This document shows positions 11,831 to 25,179 of a stretch of 64,000 nucleotides of DNA, one piece after another (the stretch's first letter is position 1; the number at the start of each line of letters is the position of its first letter). The stretch is from NCBI RefSeq assembly GCF_006345805.1, contig NW_021833473.1:136001-200000 (forward strand). The letters run 5' to 3'. Origin of the DNA: Octopus sinensis. Lineage: Eukaryota. The position numbers and the translations under genes were made by a program. The notes below the pieces were generated by a model. It was given only the letters and a program-made list of their open reading frames with translations, was not told the DNA's origin and made no database searches.

Positions 11831-12484
11831 TCTCAACACATGGCTATGATGCTCCCCCACTACCACTGCTCGTGATCAGAGATGCACATATTGTCTGCAA
11901 CGAAGGAGCATGCTGAGCTGGTTATGGTCAAGCAACTGACAAGCAAATCTGTGGTATTGAGCAGAATATTTACTGTAGCTCATCTCTTATACTAAGACAA
12001 AGCATGTACATCATAAGACTTCCAATCAGTTAAGATCAGAAGCGATGAGAACCACTGTCTGGTACTGCATCAAGGCATTATTATTTTGCATGTCGGGTAA
12101 AATGCTTAGCAGCATTTCGTCCTTATTTACGTTTTGAGTTTAAATTCACCGATCATCGACTTAGCCTGTCTTCTTTTCGGGGTCGATATACTAAGTACCA
12201 GTGAAAAACTAGTTTCCCTCCTCACAAACTTCAGGCCTTGTGCCTTTAATAGAAAGAATTATTATTATTACTATATGTTTGGCTCTTGCTTTGCTTTTGT
12301 ACAAGTTGACACCAAGTCTCACCCAGAAACCTTGAGAGACAAGTTTGAAGTTCAAGCTGGCACTATAAATAGGGTGCCAAAATTTTGGTTTTGCATAGAG
12401 TATTGTTGTAGAAAATGTCTGTCAAAACATGAGATTATAAGATGACAGTGTGGTCTTAAGATGACAGTAAAATGTGTTTGCTAA

Positions 12485-12810
12485 TTAGAGCGTCGGGCTC
12501 ATAATCTTGAGGTAGTGAGTTTGGTTCCTGGACTGGACTGTGTGTTGTGTTCTTGAGCAAGACACTTTATTTCACGTTGCTTCAATATACTCAGCTATAG
12601 AAATAAGTTACGACGTCACTGGTGCCAAGATAAATAGGCCATCGCCTTTCCGTTGGATGACATCAGTGGCGTGGAGAGTGGGAGGCTTGTATGCATGGGC
12701 GACTGCTAGTCTTCCATAAAACAACCCAACCCGGAGATGCATCTTGGAGGGGAACTATCTCGGTGCAATCCCATGTTCCTTCATGACCGAAGGAGCTCTT
12801 TACCTTCTTT
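12485..12810 (+). mobile_element. Decayed tRNA-derived SINE (family D)
   Basis: B-box-like head followed by cttgagcaagacactttatttcacgttg, a typical SINE central motif. Confidence 0.5.
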
Positions 12811-12859
12811 ACATTCAAGTGTACTTTGACAATGGTTACAGATTAAAATGTTTTCGGGA

Positions 12860-13370
12860 CTACATAGATAATATTTTTCGTAGGATATGAGCAGTTTCTA
12901 TGTGCACTATTTTTTGAGTTTCTTCCTTTTTTAGATTTCCTGGTATCTAGGATAGGTAGCAATCATTCCCATTTGCTATTATTCCTAGGGCACCTATGAC
13001 AACAGCCATTGTTCTAGTCCTGAGGTTCCACATTTTGCCAATTTTTCTTTTTATATTTGCTCAGTTTTTGGTAGGTCTTGACAGATACATTTATGTTGAT
13101 TGGGATATTGCTGTAAGAGACCGAAAGAATAAAACTTGTTATTGTTTGACATGTGTATCCCCTGTGGTCATAATATTACGGCAAAAGAATTTGACAAGCT
13201 CAGAAAATATAAGGATTTGCTCACTGAAATCGAAACAAATGTGACATTTCAAAGCGGTTACAATACTAGTGATTACAGTAGCAGTAGGAATGATCAAACA
13301 AGGAAGCGAAAATTATTGGAGAATGTTACCTAGCTTACCACACCTGCTAGAAATGTAAAGTACGTCACAC
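12860..13370. mobile_element. Two R4/Dong endonuclease fragments in opposite orientation
   Basis: Minus 12860-13030 resembles the ..ALG...TAHILRK end; plus ORF 13136-13333 LLFDMCIPCGHNITAKEFDKLRKYKDLLTEI. Confidence 0.6.
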
Positions 13371-13779
13371 GTATTGAGAAGGACATTTTCGTTGTGTGAA
13401 CGACAACCTCCCATGTACATTTTTTTCTACATAGCTTCATTTGATTTTGTAAATGAACAATATGGTGTGTTTATTTTAATGGCTTCTCAATGTAGACGGT
13501 ATGCCCTAGGCGTCAGAAAGATAGTCGGCAATAAATGGAAACAAAGTTGGAAGAAGAAGGAAAGATAATAATAATTTTAATAAAGGTACAAGTTTTACTC
13601 AAAATCCTGACCTCATATGAAACCACAACATAATTCTTTGTAAAGAAAATAATGTTTTATTTCATTAAATCTTAATTACATATAGTATAGAAGTTGATTT
13701 ATTGATGTGTTTACAAAAGTTAAACCGTTATTATTTCGTTAAAAAAAGGAATTAGTTGAAATACAAAATACATTCATAG

Positions 13780-14680
13780 TCAATGTTTGAATGCAATTGT
13801 CACTACTAAGCATTATAACTACCATTATGTAAGATACATTTATGCCGCAAGAGACACTTAGTAATATCAAAGAAAGGACAATTTTGTGTAAAACATTTTC
13901 AGTAATTGAAGGGAAAATTGATGTCATGACAACGATTCGGATAGAGAAAGCTTTAAGACTGATATGGCATGAAATTGTGTACCTTACGAGAAGGACTAAG
14001 TTTGGAGTAGTGGAAGTAAGATTCAAGGACGCGGTAACAATAAAAAAGCACTATTAAAAGTGAGGAAGTAGTACTTCTACCGACTTACCGTGGACAACGA
14101 GCGACCAGGGTTAGGGTAGAAGGAAACCCACCAGAAATAGATGTGTCCTGGATAGCAGCTGCTGTCCTGCTGGGAAATGAGGACAACATAACTTGGGAAG
14201 ATGTTAAATCAGTTGGAACAGCGGAATTCGACAACATTAAGGGATAGCATTGCCGCGTGTTGTGCACGGAAGAACAGAAAGATAAAATAGCGAGATATAA
14301 AATTGGATAAAGGTGTTGGGAACTGAAATTGGATTGGGATGTATTACCATGGTATTTGACATATGAGGAAATTTTGGAAGAATATGGAGTGGATATACGG
14401 GAACGAAGTATAAAAGGTATAAATGAGGCTGCTAGGAGGTGGGGCCGAGCGGATTCATTTCATTTCTTATTTTCGCTTTTCATGTTTTCATATGATGGTT
14501 CTTATTTTTTTCCCTGTTTTATGTCCCCATATGTGTATTGTCCATTCTATGTTCGCCCCTTGGCGGGTGATAAAAACAATTAGGACGTTGGTGTTGCCTT
14601 GGCGGAGGTTTGTGCTCTCTGAGTGCACTGGTTATGAATGTATTTGTGTGACTGGTTTTGTATTCGTGAGTGTAATTAAT
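13780..14680 (+). mobile_element. L1/Tx1-like ORF1 fragment joined to a 3'-end-like segment
   Basis: MPQETLSNIKERTILCKTFSV...RTKFGVVEVRFKD...EVVLLPTYRGQRATRVRVEGNPPEID; no RT follows. Confidence 0.55.
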
Positions 14681-14877
14681 GACCAGGTTATGCTAAGCTG
14701 AGTCAGTTGGATGTTTAACAGTCAAATAAATGATTTAAGACAATGTATTGAGAAACAAAGAAAGAGTTTAAAAATATGTCTTGCTTGACAAGTATGTTTG
14801 AAAATAATTTTAAAATTTAATTGTTCATGAGAATACGATAAAGAATATTCAAGTAAAAAACGTGTAGAACATCACCA

Positions 14878-15293
14878 GGAGTAGCTGTGTGGTAAGTAGC
14901 TTACTAACCAACCACATGGTTCTGGGTTCAGTCCCACTGCGTGGCATCTTGGGCAAGTGTCTTCTGCTATAGCCCCGGGCCGACCAGTGCCTTGTGAGTG
15001 GATTTGGTAGACGGAAACTGAAAGAAGCCTGTCGTATATATGTATATATATATATGTGTGTGTGTGGGTGGGGGGGTTTGTGTGTCTCTGTTTGTCCCCC
15101 TAGCATTGCTTGACAACCGATGCTGGTGTGTTTACGTCCCCGTCACTTGGCGGTTCGGCAAAAGAGACCGATAGAATAAGTACTGGGCTTACAAAGAATA
15201 AGTCCCGGGGTCGAGTTGATCGACTAAAGGCGGTGCTCCAGCATGGCCGCAGTCAAATGACTGAAACAAGTAAAAGAGTAAAGAGTAAAGAGT
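14878..15293 (+). mobile_element. SINE family A, full length
   Basis: Same head and tail as 7398-7865. Confidence 0.9.
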
Positions 15294-15389
15294 AATGCTT
15301 TAGTGGGTGATTAATTTGGACAGAAGGAATGGCACAAATGGTGCAGGGCAATCTGTAAACACTCATAGCTTTACTCCCTAATTGGTTGT

Positions 15390-15757
15390 GGTGGAAGCAC
15401 TCCGTCGGTTACGACGACGAGGGTTCCGGTTGATCCGATCAACGGAACAACCAGCTCGTGAAATTAACGTGTAAGTGGCTGAGCACTCCACAGACACGTG
15501 TACCCTTAACGTAGTTCTCGGGGATATTCAGCGTGACACAGAGAGTGAAATACAGGTACAACAGAAACAGGAAGTAAGAGTGAGAGAAAGTTGTGGTGAA
15601 AGAGTACAGCAGGGATCACCACCATCCCTGCCGGAGCCTCGTGGAGCTTTAGGTGTTTTCGCTCAATAAACACTCACAACGCCCGGTCTGGGAATCGAAA
15701 TCGCGATCCTACGACCGCGAGTCCGCTGCCCTAACCACTGGACCATTGCGCCTCCAC
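15390..15757 (-). mobile_element. tRNA-derived SINE family C with 10-bp TSD
   Basis: Minus-strand head gtggaggcgcaatggtccagtggttagggcagcggactc...ttcgattccc; TSD aattggttgt at 15380-15389 and 15758-15767. Confidence 0.85.
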
Positions 15758-16113
15758 AATTGGTTGTAGCGATTAAGCTGAGGACGTAGATTTCACTGAT
15801 CAGAATGTATATCATTATTCAATATTTAAAAGCCGGGTTATATTGCTAGTTATTCAATATTTAAAACTATATCATTTATTATGCAATGTAACTAACATAT
15901 GGTGATACAAACTCTCAACATATTTAAATGTTTTCTAGGACTATCTTATAGGATTAGAATTAAACATGAAAAAAAGAAGAAAAAGACAAACAAGAGAAAA
16001 AACAAGAACAATTTACTTATTATAAATCTACTAAAATTTCTTAAGCTTTTTTCTAGCTATCGGCAAAATTATTATATACAATATAAGTAATGTAAATTGA
16101 GTAATGCTTACAA

Positions 16114-16260
16114 TTAAGCATGTATCCTAACTCTTACTAGTACGTATGTAACAATGTATGAAACTATACCAAGAAAAATTGCTATTTTGATGTACACTCT
16201 TGCTTTTGAGTTCGACTTCAGCGCTGCGGCTGTATTTCCACCTGCGGCATATTCATTCGC
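16114..16260 (-). CDS. CD225/dispanin paralogue A, terminal coding exon
   Basis: ttctAG acceptor, phase 0; ANEYAAGGNTAAALKSNSKARVYIKIAIFLGIVSYIVTYVLVRVRIHA* (147 nt incl. TAA); linker plus TM helix of the CD225 fold. Confidence 0.9.
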   Translation of the reverse strand, partial: ANEYAAGGNTAAALKSNSKARVYIKIAIFLGIVSYIVTYVLVRVRIHA

Positions 16261-17957
16261 CTAGAATATAAAATGAAATTTTATATGTAAAGCATGCAAA
16301 TAAAACTCAACAACACCGAACACATTGCTTTCAAATTTTGACACAAAGATAGCAATTTCAGAGGAGCGGTTAACTCGATTATATCGACCCAAGTACTCAA
16401 CTGATATTTATTTGATCGATCTCGAAAAGGATGTTAGGTAAAGTCGATATGGGCAGATTTGAACTTCGAACAAAATGCCAAAATGCCACTAAACATTTTG
16501 CTCGGCTAACGGTTCCGCCAGTTCGCCGCCTTAACAACAGCAAATGTATTGTCACGTATTTACAACTCATATAAGTTTATTGGTGTAAAGAGATTTGTCA
16601 AGATGATTCTTTGGAAATGACCTGCCAGTGTCCATGTCAAACTGAGATCAAGAACGCAATTTTACCTTACTCTAAATCTCATTACAATACAAATCAACCA
16701 CCGTGCTCTAATCCAGTGTTACATGTAAGTAGGTTGTAAAGATTGAGAAAGAAGCTAACAAATTATCATATTTAATAAAAAGATGGTTTAAAAAATCTTT
16801 AAGAAGGTCGAAACATCATTGTGAAGAAAGAATTATATGGATGAAAAAATTATCAACAAAGAAACAGACGGTGGTGATGTGACAACAAACTTCAGTAATA
16901 GCTTTGAAAGTCGCGAGTGGCAGTGAACTGGTATTATTTGTCAGGGTTACGACCATTAGTGTTATAAAAGTAGATAGTTAATCCAGACTGCGAGGTGTCA
17001 TGCTTTTTCTTAGCCAATTGCTACTTAGGATTAGTAGCAACCTTATTTATATACACATTGTAAGTTAGAAGATATATAAAAGAAGTATGGAACAAGATTG
17101 TTGTGGTTGATATACTTGGAGTAGTTATTGATAGAGATTTTGGAATAAGGAAGTATTACACGTGAGTCTTTATATAAAAACCCTTCTCATTTGATCTTGT
17201 TTAAGGTGATTTGCTTTCTTTATCCCCCATAATCTTTATAAATAAATGCTTCACGTATCTAAGATGGCGTCTCATTAAGTCGACGATACGGCTAACGTCA
17301 CAACTTAATCTGTTATAAGTTTCGCGTGTTGAATATATTTTTTATTTGTCTATTACATATTCTTACACGTATTTCAACGTTGAATTTGTACGGTTTTGGT
17401 GTATCTTTGTTTCTAACATGTAATGTCATGGATGAGCAGTGTTCGTATATCTTTGCATGGAGCGAACTGAACATGATTCCATGTGTCTTCTATGCATAAA
17501 GTTTATATGCATATATTTATTATTCATGAATCAATATGTATGGTTTTTCAATATAATATTGAACATAGTATGGAAAATAAGAAATACAAAAACTGAACAA
17601 GTTTTCTAGTAACATCAATATATAAATATAAGTATTTCCCAACATATGAACATATTAGTAGGTTTAAATACATGTATTGTGCCCTTTCAATAATTAATAT
17701 TTATCTTTCACCAGGTGGAGTACTTTTTTTGTTGAATTTTAGTACATTATACACATATATGTGTATGTGCGTGTGTATGTGTGTGTGTGTACGTGTTATA
17801 TATATACATATACATTATAATACGGAAACAAGGAAAATGCCACATGTATTTGATTGGTTTCCATACTTACAGTTGAAAATGTCTCAATGACTGAAACTGG
17901 TACTAAAATCTTTTTTATAAAATCAATTTAGCATTTTCTATCTTAGCCTTTTTCCCC

Positions 17958-18012
<55 letters not shown>

Positions 18013-18067
18013 TATATATATATATATATTATATATATATATATATATAATATATATATATACATAC

Positions 18068-18100
<33 letters not shown>

Positions 18101-18117
18101 ATTATATATATATATTA

Positions 18118-18177
<60 letters not shown>

Positions 18178-19505
18178 CCAGCGAGGCATTTACAATAAAA
18201 TAAACTGACATTAGCGAAGAAGATGTTCTACTAGCCATAGATGAAGTGGACACAAACTCAGCTGCTGGTCCTGATGGTTTCCCAGCCATCCTCCTCAAAT
18301 CGTGCAAACATTCCCTGGCAAAACCCCTCAAGATTCTCTGCCAGAGCTCTCTTACAAATGGCAAACTGCCAAGCAAGCTGAAGGAGGGAATAATATACCC
18401 AATACATAAAGGGGGAAGTAGAGCAGATGCCAAAAACTATCGGCCTATCTCTCTGACTTCACACATCAGCAAATTCATGGAACGTATAGTCAGAGGGAAA
18501 CTAATCGCATTCCTTGAAAAAAATAACTTGCTAAGTGATACCCAACATGGTTTTCGACCAGGTAGGAGCTGCCTGACCCAGCTCTTACAACATTATGACC
18601 GGGTGTTGAGGCAGTTACTCAACAAATCAAATGTAGATGTAATATACCTTGATTTTGCAAAAGCTTTTGACAAGGTGGATCATGGTATGATATGGCACAA
18701 ACTGCGTGACCTCGGCATAGCAGGAAAACTTGGAGTGTGGTTGCATGACTTCCTGAAAGATAGGAGTCAGGCAGTAGTGGTTAATGGAGCCACCTCTATG
18801 AACACACAAATAGTGAGCGGTGTTCCACAGGGCACTGTCTTGGGACCACTGCTTTTTATAGTGGCCCCCTCAGATATGCCCTCAAATGCCCGGATAGCCA
18901 CACTGGCAAGCTATGCAGATGATACGAAAGTCTCACAGAAAATACAGAACCCCAGCGATGTTGCTTCACCTGCAGCAGGTGTTGGACTCAATTTACAGAC
19001 GGGCTGAAGATAATAATATGCAGTTTAATGCTTAAAAATTCCAGGCTCTGCACTACCAGCATCCACAACTGAATATTAAACCTATAGGGTACACCGGTCC
19101 ACAGGGAATTTCAATCCCAGAGCCTAAGTCAGGGAGGGACCTGGGTATCGACATGAGTGATGATACATCTATCCAAGTGCACATTACCAGGATGGCGACA
19201 AAGTGCAGACGACTGGCTGGATGGATCCTAAGAACATTCAGAACCAGAGATAAGGAAACCATTATGGTCCTCTGGCGGACATTCGTCCTCAGCCGCCTAG
19301 ATTACTGCTCACAGCTATGGTCACCACCAGTGTGAGATTAACAGCGGACCTTGAAGCAATCCAGAGAAGATTCACAAAGAAGATCGTCTCTTTGCAACAG
19401 CTCAGCTACTGGGAAAGGTTGAAACGGCTAAGACTCTACTCCCTTGAGAGAAGACGGGAGAGGTATGCAGTAATATATATCTGGAAGATCCTAGAAGAAA
19501 TTGTG
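18178..19505 (+). mobile_element. CR1/Jockey-group LINE RT fragment
   Basis: ORF 18246-19007 NYRPISLTS..SK.MER...QHGFRPGRSC.TQLL...DVIYLDFAKAFDKVDH...SGVPQGTVLGPLLF...YADD. Confidence 0.95.
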
Positions 19506-19559
19506 TAAGTGTAGGTCGTATACGAGTGGGTATATTTTTATAAAAAAAGAAGTTTGAAA

Positions 19560-21120
19560 ACGCCACTATATGAGATAAATTTTTAATTTTCTTAGAAATT
19601 TTACCGTTTCGGTTCTTCTCGAAAAAACGAACCTTATCAAAAATATTTTAAAAAGTTAAGTGTAATAAAAAAGTTGATAATTGTTTATTACTGATCTCAA
19701 CAGAATCCACGTTGTGGTTTTTTGGAGGGGAGGAAGCATAATAGCTGTCTTATGTGTTCGAATAAAATAAGGAAATGACCAGTGGCCGAAATGGCAGTAG
19801 CAGCAATGACTGTTGGTCGTAGTAGTAGTAACTGTGGTGGTGGTGGTTGGGGTTACAGCAGCTCATTGGCTGTAGTAGTAGCAGCAGCAGCTATGGATGG
19901 AGTTGTGATGGCAGTTAATTGGCTGTAGTAGTAGCAGCAGTGGAAGACTGTTGTCACTGAATTTGTAAAGTGGGAAAGTTGTGAATTTGGGATTTTTTAT
20001 TTGAAGCACATCTATCTATGTGTCCGCTGACAGGTATTTTCCTGTATTCAGGATTCCTAATTTGGGATTTATGAACTGCCATCCTTTTTCGTAGGCTGTT
20101 TTTTGTATGGCCTATAAACTGCCTATTGCACCCTGCACATGTTAACACGTTTATTAAGTTTTCTGATGCACAGGTGCAGTTTGTTCTGATGGTAAACTGA
20201 TAGCCTTGTTCTAATGTGAATTCTGAACCTTCTACTAAGATTCCACAGATTCCGCAGTTGGGCTTTCCCCATTTTCTAACTGCTGATTTTGTGGTTGTTG
20301 TTGAGTGCAGTTTAGCTTGGGTTAAAATCTTTTTTAAAGATTATGGTTGCCGTTTACTTTTAATGATGGTGTGTGTTTGGAGGATTCGGTTCATCTTTGG
20401 GTCTCCCTTGAGTAGGGCTGTGCTTTGGAGTATGGTGTCGAAGGCCTCATTGTTAAGTGTGTTGTGTGTAGAGATATAGGGTAGGGTTTTTAATTTTTAT
20501 TTCTTTTTTGGTTTTGTTTGTCTCAGGTCTTCTATACTTAATTTAAGTGCTCGTTGGATTGCACTGTCTATTAGGGGCTGTGGATAATTCCTATTTATGA
20601 GTGTAGTTCTGAGTTCCCGGAGACGTGTGTGTCGGGTGATTGTGTCTGAAATTATGGTGCAAATCCTTCTGGCTAAACAGAAAGGGACATTTATTCTAGC
20701 GTGTCTTGGGTGGCATGAATCAAAGGGTAGGCACTGCTTTGAGTCTGTCGGTTTATAATAGATATCTGTCTCTATTTTGTTGCCGACTTTCTTAATGAGG
20801 ATGTCTAGAAATGGCATTTTTTCTTTGTCATGCTCTATCGTGAACTGAATATTTTCATTAAGTCCATTTAATAGTATTTTAAATTCCTCAAGTTTTTCTA
20901 TACTTTCATCCCAGAGGATGAAGCAGTCGTCGAGTTATCTTTTCCAGTTGTTTTGGATATAGGTGGAGAAAGTGTTTCCATATTTCTCGAGTGCTTTCTG
21001 GTAGAGTATTATTTGGAGGTATACCGTCACTAGGTTGGCAAAAGAAGACGCAGTTGGCGTAACCATCGCTGTTCCCGATATTTGTCTGTAGCAATTATTA
21101 TTAAAAATAAAGTAATTGTT
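19560..21120 (-). mobile_element. Penelope-like element 3' portion (RT end, thumb, GIY-YIG, 3' UTR), same type as 1-1290
   Basis: ORF 20497-20817 MPFLDILIKK...IETDIYYKPTDSKQ.L.FDSCHPRH; ORF 19954-20148 LTCAGCNRQFIGHTKNSLRKRM..HKSQI. Confidence 0.9.
19597..19645 (-). ncRNA. Degenerate minimal hammerhead, U3:A8 variant
   Basis: Minus: attt-TTGATAA-ggttc...gaacc-GAAAC-GGT-A-aaat; stem III one nt short of the ACCGGT at 1835-1840. Confidence 0.55.
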
Positions 21121-21184
21121 TTCTAAAATAAATCTAAGTCCTTCTATTATGAGTTCATTATTTATAATTCGTCGGATTACTACG

Positions 21185-21370
21185 TGTAAGGTAGGGTTGA
21201 GAAAGGCATCTATCGCTCTGCCTCCAACACCAAGGCCGAGCTGGTGGCCAAATTGATGGCAGAGTTCTAAAACCCTTAGTCACAATGAGGAGAACGTGCA
21301 TCAGGTCCTGGAGGCGTGTTCAGACGGTGATGGAAGTTGACGGTGGCTACATTGAGTAAACTGTTATACT
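21185..21370 (+). mobile_element. Mariner (maT/DD37D-like) transposase C-terminal remnant
   Basis: GRVEKGIYRSASNTKAELVAKLMAEF...RRVQTVMEVDGGYIE* across a frameshift. Confidence 0.6.
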
Positions 21371-22129
21371 CCAAACATACTCAAGTTGATATTTTTTGAA
21401 ATATATTCGAAATGCTTTAACTGAGGAACGTTTACGTATTGGATGCATTTCTTATGAAATATTACGGAAGAGTGAAACGTACATGCTAAATATCACTTTT
21501 TGGTGTCACTTCATTATTACAAGTAATACATCTCGATGCCAAGTGCAAACTAAAAGGATACACTAACAAAAATTTGGAGTAGCTTGTCATATTTGACTAG
21601 AATTGTAAATTTCTGTACCATGCAGCGCTTCTTACGGTAACGCGGAATTTATGTGTGTGTATATATATACATATATGTATGTATGTGTATGTAGTACATA
21701 TTTGTCTATGTATGTGTACAGACATACATATACACATACATAGACATATAGACATACACACACACACTTATATATATTAGAAGAAATGAGGTACTGTGAA
21801 ACCTGGATGGTTTTATATTTACAGATATTTATTTTTATAAATCATATATCATATATTAGAGCTTTCGTCCACTCTAGTGGAGTTGTCAAATTGAACTTTT
21901 GCAGGAATTCTGTCTCTTTTTATAGTATTATTGATTGTGTAGAGGTGGGGAGAGATATAAGATAGTACAAGAGGGTGAGCAATGGGGAGAAAGAAGAATT
22001 GTAAAAGTCTGTAAAACTTTCCAGAACATTATCATTTAAATATATATGAACTTGTCTAGATATCTAACTATATGTATGACAATACCTGCATAAGACAAAA
22101 CATAAAAATCTGCACATACACATACGAAC

Positions 22130-22164
22130 ATACATGCATACATACATACATACATACATACATA

Positions 22165-22195
<31 letters not shown>

Positions 22196-22800
22196 CATAC
22201 ATACATACATACATACATACATACATACATGCATGCATGCATACATAGACACATACATACATACATACTTACATACATAAATACATACATACATACATAC
22301 ATGCATGCATACATACATACATACATACATACATACATGCATGCATGCATGCATACATACATACATGCATGCATGCATGCATACATACATATATACATAC
22401 ATACATAGATGCATGCATACATACATACATACATACATGCATACATACATACATACATACATACATGCATGCATACATACATACATACATACATGCATAC
22501 ATACATACATACATACATACATACATACATACAAGCAAAAATACCTTGTTGTTAATGTTGAAATTCCAAGGAAGGAGTCTTAAATCTAGGTTAGAAACCG
22601 GCTTTTTCTCTATTGACAATAAATCTTGAAATAAAACTGAACAATGACATACACACATACATACACACGAAATATACGATGAGAAAGAAAGAGAAACAAC
22701 AGAAAAAACCTCGTGTTTCCCATAACCCATCGATCCATCGATCCATCGATCCATCGATCCATCGATCCATCGATCCATCGATCCATCCATCCATCCATTC
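22130..22800. repeat. (TACA/TGCA)n and (ATCG/ATCC)n tetranucleotide microsatellites
   Basis: Direct inspection; shorter versions at the paralogous site 49155-49420. Confidence 0.95.
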
Positions 22801-23092
22801 ATCCCAAACTCACGAAAGACGTCTCCTTCGGGATAATTTATTACAGTCAGTGTGTGACCACAAAATACCTACAGAACGCCTGAATTTTCAAATCTTGGCC
22901 TGGTGCCTTAATACTAAATATACCCAATCGTTTGTCTTATACAATATAATATTAATAAATTAGAAAATTTATGAAATACACGACTTTTACTAGTCATATG
23001 CATTATCTTTTGAACGAAAATTTGAATATTTATGGGTAAAATATACGGATATGAATAGAATTTCTTGCAAGGAATGTTCATATTTTACTTAC

Positions 23093-23203
23093 TTGGCTGC
23101 TATACATAATAGCAATGATGCCAAATGGTAAATTGCAGCAAACGGTGACAATAATTGATGCCCACATTAAATTAGGAACGGGATCTGGTTCCTCTCGTTC
23201 TAC
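23093..23203 (-). CDS. CD225/dispanin paralogue A, core exon
   Basis: ttttcAG acceptor, GTAAGT donor, 111 nt phase 0-0; VEREEPDPVPNLMWASIIVTVCCNLPFGIIAIMYSSQ with the CD225 CC-x(2)-P-x-G-x(2)-A-x(2)-YS pattern. Confidence 0.95.
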
Positions 23204-23368
23204 CTGAAAAGAAGATAAGCAAAAGAAATAACATTATCATCAAAAATTGGTGACGATGATGACAATGGTGATAAGGTAACGACAATGAATAGTAGTAGTA
23301 GTAGTAGTAGTAGTAATAATAATAATAAATGATAATAAATAATAATGATAATAATAATAATAATAATA

Positions 23369-23405
<37 letters not shown>

Positions 23406-23448
23406 TAATAACAATAATAATAATAATATTTATAATAATAATAATATC

Positions 23449-23482
<34 letters not shown>

Positions 23483-23512
23483 TTAATAATAATAATAAAA
23501 AAATAATAATAC

Positions 23513-25140
23513 TTTCTTTATTAGCCACAAGGGCCAATAAAAATAGGATTGGACATTGCAAAGCATGAAGGACAAAGTGGGGTTATATAAAGTGTCGTGT
23601 ATAAAGAGTCTCCCCAAGAACGTCGTCGTATCCTTTCACTGCTAACCCTCTATACAACGCCATAGTAGAACTTCCACTAACCGCATTATCCGACTGGCTG
23701 AGGAGGGTGAGCACCTGGCGAAAGTTAAGATACCCAACGCCCTGTCTCGATCAACGCTTGATCCAAGATTGCAGCTTACTCAAAGAGACGAGCTGTGGGA
23801 AAGTGAGTCTGACAATCGGTGACCACACCTGCTCACCGCCGTCGAGGAAACGCTGGATGTGTATCAATAGCCACGGCATACCTAGCTCACCGTTCATAGG
23901 GTGTTGACAGCAAATGGAATGCCTTAACAGCAGAGACCATCCCTTCCGTGAGACGCAGAAAAGCAAACGCTCCAGCTTGACCAGGTACGAACTGGGGCAA
24001 GACACGATAGTGAGGCCGTAGTAAATGCTTGAAGCGACGTATGTGTTCGTCACCTTTGCCAGACTTTTCAAGGATAGCTTCTTCACGGTACAATGGGTGA
24101 GAATGGCTACCATGCTATTTACCTCATTCCAGTTCTTCTCTAGCTGGAGGTCCGGTCCAAACCAAATCCCTGCAATTTTACGGGCCCTACCGGCCAATGT
24201 CATACGACGTTGTCGGTCGGCATGGATCTGCTTCTCCAGGTGCCGAGCTGCAGATCCACCGACATTTCCGGGTTAATCTTTGCTTCCGTTACTTCCTCGT
24301 ATTTTTCACAGTAGTGCTGACCAGGTCTATGTGCTTGTTATTCGACGCTTTGACGATGGCGTCGCGTGAATATGCCGGCACAACTCTCCAGCTTCCTAGG
24401 GCACGCGACATGCCTCTCAACGTCTCCAGTTTCCGGAGTAATGGCTCGAGGATCAGTACATACAGAATGGACGAGAGGGGGCACGATGCTGAATGGTTCC
24501 GACTGAATGCACGATGCTGAATGGTTCCGATAGCTAACCATTTATCCGGACTACCGAAAAGATGTCGCTGTACATGGTAGTGATTCAACCGCGGAAAACC
24601 GGACCGAAACCGGCTGCTAGATATTGATGGTCAACCCTATCTAGAGCTTTTGACTGATCTAAATTGATCACAGCCTCACCCATGCAAGGTTTCTTAATTA
24701 CCCTATCCACGGTGTAGCGCATTAGGTAGAGGTTGTCGCGAATGGACTTGTATGGGGCGGTGCATGTTGCTGCGTCTCCAACCTGTTTCTCGACGACTTG
24801 CGCCATCCTCTTCACTAACACTTTGGCCAAAATTTTCATGTCCGCTTTAAGCAAGGTGATGGGACTAAACTTATCTAATACAGCCCTCTTGTTTCGATCC
24901 TTTCTCAACAGTAGCACTGCTCCTTGGCTCCCAGGTTTCGGAATTCTCTCATTCTGTTGCTAGATGCAGTAGATATCTGTCAAGAAGCCTGCAAACAAGT
25001 CTGACATGCTAGAATAAAGTTCGTAGGGCTGACCATCTAATCCCGGCGATTTGTTCCCATTGCAGCCCATTATCTCGTCCCGTATTTCCCCAATTGTTAT
25101 CATCCTTTCGCAACATTTCGGCGCATTTTTGGGTGAGACT
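23513..25140 (-). mobile_element. L1/Tx1-clade LINE RT and 3' end, decayed
   Basis: ORF 24585-24917 FSPITLLKADMKILAKVL..RM...IRDNL...INLDQSKALDRVDHQYL; CPLSSILYVLILEPLLRKL. Confidence 0.9.
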
Positions 25141-25179
25141 GGCTAACCTGCTCGTCACCTCACTCCAGCTGCTAAAATG

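Noticed and set aside
22815-22880. Possible extra exon on the minus strand (ctgtAG...GTGAGT)
   Set aside because: It would end in phase 1, both splice sites are absent in the paralogue (49430-49490), and the peptide has no CD225 features.
22064-22963. MYVC/HTYI-repeat ORFs (also 2540-3417, 32352-33723 and others)
   Set aside because: Translations of (TACA)n, (TA)n and (CA)n microsatellites.
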